A stretch of 64,000 nt of DNA, taken from contig CDRNVI010000148.1 in NCBI GenBank assembly GCA_977017575.1, forward strand, positions 186,001-250,000. The letters run 5' to 3'. Each line of letters starts with the position of its first letter. Positions within the stretch are counted from its first letter, which is position 1. The translations under genes were made by a program, and so were the position numbers. The notes under the pieces were generated by a model, which ran no database searches, had not been told where the DNA came from, and saw only the letters and a list, made by a program, of their open reading frames with translations. The stretch comes from Paramoeba atlantica (Eukaryota; Protista; Discosea). Positions 1 to 11,699 of this stretch are shown piece by piece.

Positions 1-1178
1 CAACAACAACAATAAACCAACCAACCAACAACTAACTAAACAAACAAACAAACCTTTTTTGATTTCAAGAAAGCAGGGTCACTGGGATCAGAATCAGCCA
101 ATTGAGATGCACTATCGGACATACTTTGAAAAGAATTTGATTTTTTCACCCGTGGCTTTTCATTCTCTTTCTCTGTTTCCTCATTTTTCTCTGTTTCCTC
201 ATTCATGTCATTTCCTTCAGCATCTTTTTTCTCTTCTTCTTCTTCGCCCTTGATTTTCTCTTCCTTTTTCTTTCCTTTCTTTCCAAGCAGATTAGACTCT
301 TGATCAAAAGATCTTTGCCGAACAAGTGGCCTTTTTTGTCGTTTCATTCCAAGAGGGGTCAGCTCCTCTTTCTCTCCTGTTCTTTTCAACTGAATGATCG
401 ATCCCTGTTTTCGAGATGTTCCCATCAGTTCCTGTTTTCGAAGATTGAATTAAATAACTTAATAAGTTAACAAAAACAAAAAAACAATTATTTCTCTAAC
501 AGAGATAAAAATAATTACCCTCTTTGGTTTTTTTGTCTGTGGTCTGGCGATATCAAAACTCCCGCCAGTCCAATGATCCTTTTGAGACAACGGGAGCGTG
601 CTTGGTTCCACCTCGAATTTGTCTGTAAGTTCTCCGTTCCAGCTTTTACCCAGAGTGGCAACACCAAACACACCACTCTCTCTTGTTCTTTTCGCTAGAA
701 TATCATCTTCAACTTCGATGTCTCCTCTGGTGATTGGATCTCTTGCGGTTTTTGGAGGGCTTTGGTCTGACTTGGAGACATTTCGATTGATTTTGAGGGG
801 GGAAAGAGACCTTTTTTTCTGTAGGCTTCTCGGGTTTTTCCTCTTTTTTCGGGAAGGAGAAGAAGGGGAAGAATAAAGGGATCTTGGGGAAGAAGGAGTT
901 CTTGGGGAAGAAGGAGATTTAGGGGAAGAAAGAGATCTAGGGGAAGAGGGTTCGAGAACAGGGGAATGGCTATCGGCTGAATCAAAAGGAGGATCAGCAC
1001 AAACAGGAGAAGCACGAGCGGGAGAAGAATGAATTGAGTGAGGAGAGGGAAGAGGAGGAGAACTTCGCAATTGGAGAAAACTTTCTCTCAGACTTCCTTG
1101 TTCGATTTGGAAGAGATCACTTTCATCACTTGACGAGTTTTCCTCATCATAAATCTCGTCTTCCCCATCATCGCTCAT
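1..1178 (-). CDS. Hypothetical low-complexity Ser/Pro- and Glu/Lys-rich protein, 3' end runs off the window
   Basis: ORF 459..1364 with a plausible ATG at 1178 (MSDDGEDE...), an intron near 450-510, and continuation in ORF 36..425. No recognisable domain. Confidence 0.55.
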
Positions 1179-1543
1179 CACTTCCGAACCAAAAAAAATA
1201 GAAAAGAAGAAGTGAGAAAAAGAAAACCAAGCGACTTGGGGGGGGAATGAAGACAACCACTGAACCACCGAACGAACGATCAAGAAGTGGAGATCAAGCA
1301 AAAGAAGAAGTGGCTTCCAAAGCTGAAAACAGAAAAAAAGCCTTAGAAAAAAAAGGGGTGACAAAAAAAAGGCGTTTGGTTTTTCGATGTCTCATAAAAT
1401 TCCTCGTCAATTTTTCTTTCTTCCATTTCGTTTTGGTTCTTAGAATTAGTTTTTTGGTGGAAAGTCACTTCTTTTCTTTCAATCCCCTCCTCATCTCAAT
1501 TATTCGAAACAAAAATATTTTCAAAGTTATTATTATTTTTTTT

Positions 1544-2403
1544 TTATAATGGTTGGATCGTTTCGGGTGTTTCTACAAGAAGTCGTTCTCGAACTTCCTT
1601 TGGAAGGAGTGAATTTTCATCAAAGGTTTTCATTGTAACAATTTCGGCAAGGGTGTCCTTGGAACCGGCTATATGTGTTTGTTGAAAAAAAAATTCGAGA
1701 TTAGATTTCTTGCTTTTTCTCATTTCCTTTTGAAAATAAGAGAAAAAAAAAAACAAACGTTCTCCTCTCTTGGCTCTTCGAAGTGTTTTTAAAATTGCAG
1801 GTTTTTCGATGATGGCACCAGTCCTCTTTGAAACCCTCACTCTTTCGTTTTCATGAAGATGCCATTTAACTCTTGTTGGTTTTCTTTGGAAAGAGAGAAC
1901 AAATTTAGTGAATGAAAAAAAAAACAAATCGAAAAAAATTGTGAGGGTGTGGGGGAGTGAAGGGAAAAGAGAGAAAGAATCTTTCAACCCGTCAGTTGGA
2001 TCTATAAGTGCAACATTTGAAACATGGATGGGCATTTCTTTGGTAATGATGGTTCCAGGAGCCTTCTCATTTCCTCTGACATGCTTCTTGACCTATTTTT
2101 TGATTTGTGTTCAACTTTCTCTCATTCAATGAATTCAAAAAGAGTTGGACTAAAAAGAAAGGAGTACCAAATTTAATCCTTCAATAACAACTTGATTTTT
2201 CTTTCGAATCACTTTCGAAACTCTTCCAGCTTTTCCTTTCTCTTTTCCGGCGAGAACGATCACCTTGGAGAGTGTCAGAAAGGGAAAACAAGATAACAGG
2301 AAAGAGGAAAGGAATCACTCACCTTATCTTCGCTCAATATTTTCCACTGTTTAAAGGTTTTGATTGGGGCTCTGTTAGCCCCATACTTGAAAACACGGAG
2401 CAT
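1544..2403 (-). CDS. MRPL24: Mitochondrial/bacterial-type ribosomal protein uL24 (spliced)
   Basis: Exons give KQWKILSEDK, the KOW motif VIVLAGKEKGKAGRVSKVIRKKNQVVIEG, EMPIHVSNVALIDP and KPTRVKW...RVRVSKRTGAII. Confidence 0.9.
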
Positions 2404-2582
2404 CAGTGTTAGCTCTCTCTCTACGAGTGATGGTGTTTTGCTCCAACCGAAAACGAAAAAGAGATTTTTTTTCAAACAAAAAAACGAAAAAGGGACACCA
2501 CACACAACAGACACCACACAGAAAAGTAAAAAAGAGAGAGTTTTATTTTTTCTCAGTTTTTACAACTTTATTATGAATGAAA

Positions 2583-3545
2583 TTAATTATCCTCGTCTCC
2601 AACAGTCTTCGATGTGGGACCACAGCAGCAGGCAACAGTCCATCCAGTAGTGAAAAGAGCAAAACTCCAGCTGTACTCCCAAATTTTGCTGTCAGTTTCA
2701 ATTTGGTCCTCAACCTTTCCAACAAAAATGGCAAAGGCAATGATCGCAAAGATTTCTAAAAAGAAAAGAAAAAATATTATGAAAAGAGGAACAAACTCAC
2801 AAAAATAAATAAATAAAGGGTCATACGCATGAAAAAGACACACAAAAAGGCGACAGCACCCAAAGCAGCTCCGGTTAAACAGAAACATTTTCCAGCCAAA
2901 CCAGCCGCACAATAACAGGGGCTGGCAATAATTCCAAAAATGACAGCGAGGATTGCAAAAGCACGAGCTGCTTCCATTGCATCCTCAGTTTCGCCTGGGA
3001 GGAGATAATCTTCCAATTCTGAAGAGGAAGAGAGAGAGAGAGAGGGTATTCAGAGAGAGGGTATTTTGGGGGTGGAAAAAAATTCGAAAAAGCAAACCAA
3101 TACAGAAACCATTGGTACACATATTCCATAGACCATAGTTCCTATCAAAATAGGAGACACCATCCAATTCTTTCCTCCAGTTGTCGGTGGCAGTCCCGAC
3201 CATAACGAAGGAATAACAGATCTGGTTTGGGGGACTCAACATTAAAAAGAGGAGAGAGGGGAAAAAAAAATAACAATTGTCTTTTTCTTCTCCATTCTGA
3301 CGGTTGATGTAAAGGGAAAATTTCTTTCGTTTTTTTGGGGGGTTTTGAGGGGTTACTTGCGGAGCTCTCTGAAGAAAAAAACACCACTAAAAAAGAACAA
3401 AAAGAGCCCCCATCCCTCTCCCCAACCCCAACCCCAAAAGAATCACACGCATTTTCTTTTTCTATTTGACAAATGGAACAAAAAGGAATAAGAAAAGACT
3501 TACAAAGAGGACAATGCCAGCAATCAAAGGAGGGGCGTTCACCAT
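2583..3545 (-). CDS. Claudin/PMP22/EMP-family tetraspan membrane protein
   Basis: MVNAPPLIAGIVLF|ICYSFVMVGTATDNW...NYGLWNM|CTNGFC carries the W-GLW-C-C signature. Followed by AARAFAILAV and YSWSFALFTTGW; four hydrophobic segments. Confidence 0.75.
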
Positions 3546-3788
3546 TTTGGGTTTTTTTTTTTGTGCAAACAACACACAAAGAGAGTGAAGAAATAATTTA
3601 GCCTAAACCAAAAAGAACGAACGATGTTTAGAACTCTAAAAGTACACACCCGTTTGTGACGCTTCTCGAGCGAGTACCTTTTTGATTTTTTTTCGGGCAT
3701 GAAAATGGTTTAAAAGGAGCTACGGAGTATCCCTTTCTCTTTTTTTTTCCTCTTTCCTTTCTTTCCTTCCTCTTCTCTTTTCCTCAAA

Positions 3789-4199
3789 ATGGTGAAAGCG
3801 GCTTCTGGCAAGAGACCCGTGAACAAGGGTAAAAAGAACACCCGTCGAAGGGGCAAGAAGGCTCAAACTCTCCGTTTCAGTTTGAACCTCTCTGCTCCCG
3901 TTGATGACGGACTTTTGGACCCCGCCATTTTCGAGAAGTTTCTCCATGATCGCATCAAGGTCAATGGTAAGACCGGTGTTTTGGGAAACAAGGTCTCCGT
4001 TTCTCGCCAACAAGCTAAGCTCCTCGTTTCCGCTCAGCCCCCTTTCTCCAAGAGATATTTGAAGTATTTGACCAAAAAGTACTTGAAGAAGAACAATCTC
4101 AGAGATTGGTTGCGTGTCATTGCCACCGATAAGAATGCTTATGAGCTTCGTTACTTCGATATTCATGATGCTGATGAAGAGGAAGCTGCTGAGGAATAA
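3789..4199 (+). CDS. RPL22: 60S ribosomal protein eL22 (intronless)
   Basis: [19 protein letters not shown]...[27 protein letters not shown]...YELRYF. Confidence 0.97.
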   Translation: MVKAASGKRPVNKGKKNTRRRGKKAQTLRFSLNLSAPVDDGLLDPAIFEKFLHDRIKVNGKTGVLGNKVSVSRQQAKLLVSAQPPFSKRYLKYLTKKYLKKNNLRDWLRVIATDKNAYELRYFDIHDADEEEAAEE

Positions 4200-4286
4200 A
4201 CCTTTGAGGTTTTTTTTTATTTAATATTATGATTTTCCTTTTTTTGAGAGAAAAAAGAAAAAGAAAAAAATACACCACCAATCCAT

Positions 4287-4370
4287 TTTTTTTTGTTTTT
4301 TTTGTTTTTTTTGTTTTTTTTGTTTTGTTTTTTTTGTTTTGTTTTTTTTTGTTTTGTTTTTTTTTGTTTT
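4287..4370 (+). repeat. Degenerate (TTTTG/TTTTTTTG)n microsatellite
   Basis: Seen directly, downstream of RPL22. Confidence 0.8.
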
Positions 4371-4444
4371 TACTTTCCCAAGAATGAGTATTGAGAGTTT
4401 TTCTTTTCTTTATTTTTAAATAATATCTTTTCTCACCAATATTT

Positions 4445-5492
4445 CTACAGCAGGGAATCGGCAGTTAAAAATAAAAACCTTAACATTAATTCATTGCCAG
4501 GCTTATTTTGCCGTTCTTTTTTCGACTTCTTTCTTTCAGTAAACCTCATGAATTGTTCCACAAAGCATGCCACCAAGAGCAATCCCAATGATTTGAGACT
4601 CTGAGAGCAAAGTGGTGTTCTTTGTGATTGTGTACTTTTCAGACTTTGCATCAAAAGAGAAACCAAGAATGATCTCGCCCTCAAACTATGAAAAAAAAAC
4701 ACAAACAATTATTTCTAATTCAGATGATGGATTTGTGAACAAAAAAAAACCTCTTTCACAATATTCACATTGTATCTCTCACCAGTCTGCCCGAGAATGT
4801 TCACTGAGACGTTCCCCAGAACTCGACGAAACATGAGATTCCACAATTTTGTCGGGTTATTCTCTCGAAGGTTTATAATATCTTCGACGCTCCTGTTTGA
4901 ATGAAAATTTGGTTCAAAAAAATGAAAATTTGATCTTCTTCCTAAAAGAATTGTGAAAAAAACTCACATACAATTCATCTGCTTTCTGATGTGCAACCGC
5001 AATCGATTTGCGATTGAGATTGCTGCTCCTCGTTTCTTCACCGACTTCTAGTGTTGTTGTTTCAATTTCTTCGCCTGGAGCTCTTAGTTCCCAGTCACTG
5101 TTTCGTTGCTGTTGAACATTTGGTTGAAGTGGAGAGTTTTGATGTGTTGGTCGTCGAGGTCTTCGCTTAATAGCAGAAGAGGGTGTTGTCACCATCACAG
5201 CCACAGCGTTGTCTGTGAGGCCAGGAGGCCGAGAGGGGATGGAATCTTTGCTCCGAGGAGAAGGGAGAGGAGAAACTCGAGGCTTTACTGTGGCGATGTA
5301 AGACTTTGAATTCGGTCGATCAGGTTTTGGGGGGCTGGCTTCTAGAGAGTTTACAGGGCAACTGCTTGTCAGGAGAGAGGGATTTGGGGAAGTTGGTGGT
5401 GAGATTCCTGGTGGGGTTGGTGGGGGTGGGTTTCGGAAAGGAAATTTTTTTTCCCTCCTCTCAGGAGGGCGAGGAGGTGATAATTCTGACAT
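4445..5492 (-). CDS. Hypothetical protein with a Pro/Ser-rich N-terminus (spliced; 3' end uncertain)
   Basis: ATG 5492 (MSELSPPRPP...), then open exons near 4755-4895 (SVEDIINLRENNPTKLWNLMFRRV...) and near 4540-4650. No family recognised. Confidence 0.5.
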
Positions 5493-5742
5493 TAATTTTG
5501 TCGAGAGCGGGGTGGGTGGGTGGGTGGTCTGCGTATGGGAGGGGAAGCAAACAAAAAAACGACCGCGTGTGCTCAAAAGGTGGCGAAACACGCAAAAAAT
5601 AAAATTATTTGAAATTTTCTTTCGAGGAGGAGGAGGGTCAGTTCTTTTCTTCATGAAAGGTAAAAAGATATTGTCTTTTGTTTGGCCAATTTTCATTTCT
5701 AGAAAAATCTGAATGAATTATGTGGTGTGTATAATTATATTA

Positions 5743-7360
5743 TTATTGTTCTAATAATTGAGGTTGTTGTTGTTTTTGAGGTTGATTCTTTTCTTCATCT
5801 GACTCTTCTTCTTTCTCTTTTTCTTTGGGTGGAGAAGGAGCGAGAGATAATTTTGCAAGTTCTTTTGCAACTTTGTCTGCTTCGACATCTTGGAGCAGTT
5901 CTTGATATTCGGACTCGACTTCATCATCTTCGAAATCCCAGATAGGACGAGAAATTGCGTCTTCGATTTCCTTTTGATCAGCCAATACATCTTCGAGATG
6001 ATCCATCACACTTTCAACTTGCTCAACACCCAATTTGTTTTCTTTTGTAAATCGACTCAATGACTCTGCTCCATTTTGATAAGCATCGACAAGAGCTTTG
6101 TTTGAGGTTGCTGATTGAATTTCCATCGAAATTTGTTCCAGTTTGTGGAGAGCATCTGTCCGTTGAAATAAAACCTTATCGAGTCCTTTTTTCTTTTTTA
6201 AAAGAACGAGAGCTTGGGGTCTTCGATTCGCAGCGAGGGTTTGTTGGATTTTTTTTGTTGTTTGTTCAATTTCATTTTCGAGTTTTAGAATTTGTCTTTC
6301 TTGATTGGCAATTGTATTTTGAATGTGGATTGCCCCAGAGTCGACATCGGTCAGTTGAGGAGGATTTTCTGGGACAATTCGGGGAGGTATTTTGATTCCA
6401 ACCTTGGAGGGTTCCCAACTCGTTGAGGGATCGAATGGAGATAAGAAAAATGCTGAGATACATTGTGTCCGAATCAGATATTCTGCCAGGAGGGATTGGT
6501 CTACATCTCCAACAACACTCCCCTGAAGAGAATCAATGAATTTCTCCAGAGTCATCAGTGTCGCCCCATTAAAATCTTCCAACGAACCAGCTTGTTTAAA
6601 TGCCTCTTTCAAGGAACCTGAAGCGTGTTGCTTTGCAAATTCAGATGCCAATTGTTCCATTGCTGGCAAAAGGACAAGGTCTTCTTTTTTTGAAGGAAGA
6701 GAAGAACCCCATACAAGATATGATACAGCTGACGCTGAAGTTGACAAACTCCATTGAGCAGATTTCATGACAAGTGAACCAAGTGTCCATTTTTTCCCGG
6801 GTTGTAAAATTTTTGGGGCCGCCTTTGATCTGTAAAAAAAAAGGTTTTTTTCAGTTTGTTAATCTTCAGAGAGAGAGGTTCTCCTCACTTCAACAAAAAC
6901 AATCGAAAAAAATTCAACTGTTCAGCTGTTGACAATCACAAACCGAAACTCAGAGCGACTTTCAACTTTTTTTGTGAGATAAAGATCATCTAAAACATCA
7001 TCTAAACAGACAGGAACGAGCCTCCCATCGGCAAATTTCCTCCCAAATTGGTCACTCAATCCCGCTCTTGAAATTCGGCCGTTCGACGTTGCAATTGCGC
7101 ACTTCAAAAAGATGTTCAACCAAAATGCGACTCTTTGGGCCCTCCTTTTGTTTTGAATTTGAGGAGAAAGAAGAGAAAAGAGAAAGGTCTTCAAAACGAA
7201 AAAAAAAAAACAGAAACAATTTTCTCCCAAAACGAAAAACAAACCTCTCAGGACCGACATCTTTCGGAGGAAGCGGTGAAAAAGCAACTCTCATTTGATC
7301 ATCATACCCCCAAGCCTCTTCCTTTTGCAAAACTTCTTTAATTCCCCCTTCGTTTGCCAT
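5743..7360 (-). CDS. CHMP7: ESCRT-II/III hybrid protein CHMP7
   Basis: N-terminal winged-helix exons (W-x-x-D-D-x-M-x-x-x-F-S; VAFW; PVCLDDVLDDL...ESRSEF) joined to the Snf7 coiled-coil ORF 5743..6768 (A-L-x-x-L-K-K-K-K, IQSATSNKALVDAY, DEVESEYQEL). Confidence 0.85.
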
Positions 7361-7544
7361 ATTATCTCTTTGGAGGGGGGGAGAGAGAGACCCACCTCTC
7401 GTTCGAATTGTGCTGTTGTTCACCAAAAAGAAAAGAAGCAAAAGAAATTTGGGGTGTCCCTTTTCATTGAAAGGGGGACACCTTCTCTTTTTTTTTTGCT
7501 TTTTTTTCTGTTTTCTGTTTTTTTCGTTCTTTCTTTTTCTTGCC

Positions 7545-8017
7545 ATGGCGACCGAGCAGTTTTCTCAGTTCCTCCCACTCGGTCCTTTTTTTTTGTTTCG
7601 AAAAGATCTTTTCTCTTTTTGTGATGTCTTTTTGTCTCTCTTGTTTGAAACAAACTCAAAAAAACAAGAATATTAAATCATTCCTTTCTAGAATTGGTTG
7701 AGAAATGCATCGGAGAAAAAATTTGGGTGGTCATGAAAGGAGACAAAGAAATCATTGGAACTTTACGTGGTTTTGATGATTATGTCAACATGGTTTTGGA
7801 TGATGTGACTGAAATCGACAAAACTCCAACTGGTGATGTTCGAACTGAGTTGGATCAGGTATGTGGCAAAACCGTTTTTTTTTTGATGTTCTTCAAAACG
7901 CATCCGCCTTTTTTTCTTTGATCCTCATTCAACAAACAGATCCTCCTCCACGGAAATAATATCGCCATGCTGATTCCTGGAGGTCCTGATGAAGATGAAG
8001 AGGAAGAGGAAGAATAG
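7545..8017 (+). CDS. LSM5: U6 snRNA-associated Sm-like protein LSm5 (3 exons)
   Basis: FLPL|[41 protein letters not shown]...LDQ|[15 protein letters not shown]. Confidence 0.97.
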
Positions 8018-8191
8018 AAACTATTTTCAGAACATTGAAAAAAACCACCTCAGTTTTTACTGCTCCTTCCCCCCAGACAGACAAACAAAAAACCTTCATT
8101 TTTAATACTCAAAAAAACAACCCAGATGATGCTCTCAGAAATATCAATTTTTTATTTGATTTGGGCCTTTTTTTTAAAAAATCACATAAGA

Positions 8192-11100
8192 TCAATAATC
8201 ACTCTCACTTGAATCACTATCACTACTGCTGTCACTGCTGCTGCTATCACTGCTGCTACTGTCACTATCACTACTGCTGTCACTACTATCACTCGAATCA
8301 CTGTCACTACTGCTATCACTACTACTACTCTCACTGGAAGATGATTCTTCGAGTTGTCGTTGCATAATGAGTTTTGGAGCCATTCGCAGATGCTCTCTCA
8401 ATCCATCCGTAAGACCCCCTGTGGAAAGGAAAATTTTAAATTTAAGAGTGTGTTTGTTTTTATATTGTCGTTTCGACAATCACAAGAAAGAATAAGATAT
8501 GAATAAGATCACATGAAAGATAAAAGGGAAATAGGTGAAAGTTTGTAAAACAAAAAGGGTACCTAAACCAACAGAAGTCCAAAAGTTAATCGCAAAACGG
8601 GTATTTTTGGGATTGTCTGTCGGGAATAACCCAACAAAATTTGCCATCATAAATTCATCGGTCAATCTAATTTCCCATGAACAAAATAAGAAACAAGAAA
8701 GAGGAAAAAGAAAAGAAAAAAAAAAAAGAGAAAAAGAAGAAAAACCGTTCGTTAAGTTTTCGAAGACCAAGGAACTCAGCAATTTCTTGGAAAAGAATCT
8801 TGATAAAAATACGAGAAGATGCTGTGGTATCTGTTTCAGTCAATCGAATGTAACTCATTGCTGTCCTGTAAAACCCAAGATGTGAGAACAAAAAAAAATT
8901 CCAAATATCAAATAATTATCGAAAAGAGAGAAAAACCATGGAAGAGCATCAGTGTGAAAGAGATGAGCAAAAAGTTTCGCAACATTTCGAAGTTTGTTTG
9001 TTTCGAATCGATGAATTGTCGCATACTAAAAGAAAAGAAACCAAAAGAACTTTTAAAAAAAGAACATAGAAAAAAAAAAACGAAAATAAATAAAATAAAT
9101 AAAAAGTAAAAAGAGAAGGAAACCTGTTCTTGAAAGGCATGATCAAACAAATCTTGGTAAACTCGATTCAAATTACACAAACGTTGAGACAAGAGTCCAA
9201 AGAAACGACTGTATGTTCGCTCTTGACTACAACACTCCAAGATCATGGTTACTACTTCTTGCTAGAAACAAAAAAAAAAAGATAAAGTTTTAATAATCGA
9301 GTAATGAATAATAATTTGTTTTCGGTTAAGTGAAAAATTAGAGAATATTTGAAATACCTCTTGCCCTGGTGCGAGCTGAATCAACATGATTTTGTGTGCA
9401 CATTCTTCAAAATCCAAACTGGACATGATGGTCAAATAGATGGTCAACCGAAGTTTCACAGAATCTCCAGAAGATCGATCTTCAATTAATTGGTTATCTT
9501 GTTCGGCATTTTCTTCCTCATCTCCACTCTCATCATCATCTTCATCTCCATCATCATCACTCCCTCCTTCTTCATCTGATGAACCTTCCCCTAAAAGCTC
9601 TTTCTTAATCGCAGCATAGGCAGCTTCATTTTTTAAAAAGTCAGGATCAGGGCGAAAATAATTTGCTTCTTCTCGAATGTTAAACTCATCGTCAAGGCTA
9701 ATCGAATGGGTGATTTGATCTTCTTCTTCAACAAGATCAAGTTCAGGGATTACTGAAGGGTGTTCTGAGAAACTCTGTTTCCTTGCAGCAAACAATCCTT
9801 CAATCATGTATTGGACTCTCTTGTCAATTTCACCTTCATGCAAAATTCCTCGGAATCGATCAAAAACATATCGAAATCCATCAGGAGAAACCTGTTGTGG
9901 TGTGGGGTGTGTGTGTTAAATTTTGAGGGAGTTTTGTTTCAAAAAAAAATAAAAATTAAAAACAAAAATGAAACGAACCTCCTGAAGCATTGCTCCAAAT
10001 TCCTTCATAAACATAACAGCAACCTCAACAGAGTCATCGGTTGGGTTTGTTAACAATAACTCCAAAATTTGAAGACCCAAGATTTCTTCAACTACTTGCT
10101 GATTCAACATATGGGCCAGGAATCGGGTTGAAGCTAAAAGATTTGGTTTATCGTTTCGGCGGAAGGATTTACGAAATTGTTCAATAACTCGAAAAACAAT
10201 CAACTCCCCAGTTTCAGGAAACTAACAAAAAATGAAAAGAGGGTTTGGATGAGAAAAAAGGAAAAAAAAAAAAAGAGAGAGAAAAAAATGGGCGAAACCG
10301 GGAATCGAACCCGGGCCTCTCGCACCCTAAGCGAGAATTTTACCACTTAACTATTTCGCCAATTTACAAAAGAAAGGAAGAAAATTGATAACATAAATGA
10401 TCAATAGGATGTTTGCGAAGAACATAAAATTTACCTTTGTGTTGATTACTGCAACAAGAGCAGCATAAACGTGAGTAAAAATTGGAGAAGCAGTTTGAGC
10501 TTTCATCACACTTCGAGCCAAAAGACCCCGTCCTCGGACAATATTTTCTCCAATCAACTCAGGAAGGATATGTTGAATATTAATTACATTGACCTGTTTT
10601 CAGTGGAGAGAATTGGGAAAAAAAGATTGTTTTTGTGAGAAAATTCCAGAAAAATGAGAAAAAAAAAAACAAAAGAACGACATACTTTGTTAATTAGACC
10701 ATTAATACTTTTGCGGAGAGCATCCCAGGTCATCCTTTGATATTCAGGACTGCTTTGATCTGTGATATTCTTCTTCATGAGAGCCAACCTCCAAGGGGGA
10801 ATGTATAAACCTAGAATGTGTTGATGTTTTAAAAAAGGACTTGAAAAATTTTGAAAAAAAGGGGGACATACCACCGGATGGTGCTGACTCTTTTGCAACC
10901 TCCGCCTTTTTCACCATCAATTCTTTTTCATCTCTCTTTTTGTCTTTTTCTCTTCTCTCTCCTCTTTTCTTGTTATCTCCATACCGACTTCTTCTTCTTG
11001 TATTTTCACTATCGCTCTCACTGTCACTATCGTCGCTGTATCTTCGCGACCTTTGCCTCTCGCGATATCGATCTTTTTCTCGATATCGTGAGCTTCTTTC

Positions 11101-11535
11101 TTTTCTTTCTCGATCTTGATATCTCTCTCTTCCTCGATCTCGATCTCTATCTCGGCTCTCTCGATCTCTATCTGGATGGTCTCGAGAATATTCTCGTTCT
11201 CTGTCTCTTCTTTCTCCTCTGTCTCCTCTGTCTCCTCTGTCTCCTCTGTCTCCTCTGTCTCCTCTGTCTCCTCTGTCTCCTCTATCTCTTTTCTCTCGAT
11301 CGTTGTCTCTGTCTTCTCTTTGTCGATTATCTCTATCTTCTCTCCTGCCTCTTCTTTCTTGATTATCCCTGTCTCGATCCTTGTCTTTTCGCTCTCGAAT
11401 GGGTGAATCATCCCGTTCACTTGACCCTTCTGATCGGCTTCGCTTCTTCTGATCTCTGTCTAATGAATCCAAGTCTCTGTCCTTCCTCTTGAAACTGGCT
11501 CTTTCATCTCCTCCTTGTTCACTCTTGGTTTCCAT
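8192..11535 (-). CDS. CWC22: Pre-mRNA splicing factor CWC22 (MIF4G + MA3; RD-rich N-terminus, SSD-rich tail)
   Basis: [111 protein letters not shown]. Confidence 0.97.
10290..10360 (-). tRNA. trnP-AGG: tRNA-Pro(AGG), inside CWC22 intron 10222..10434, sense to the host gene
   Basis: GGCGAAA/TTTCGCC acceptor stem, CTCGC-TTAGGGT-GCGAG anticodon arm, CCGGG-TTCGATT-CCCGG T arm, C73, then a T-run. Confidence 0.95.
11215..11283 (-). repeat. 9-bp coding tandem repeat (GDR)n in CWC22
   Basis: About seven tcctctgtc units on the plus strand. Confidence 0.9.
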
Positions 11536-11699
11536 TCTCTCTTTTTTTTCCCAAAGAAAAAAAAAGGGGAGAGAGAAACGAACAAAAAAGAAAAAGAACG
11601 AATTTGAAACCGCTAAAAATTAGGCCAGAGGCGCTAATTTTTTTTTTGTTTTTGGATTGCACCTGTTTTTTGTGGTTTTGGAATTCGGTGAGAGAGAGT

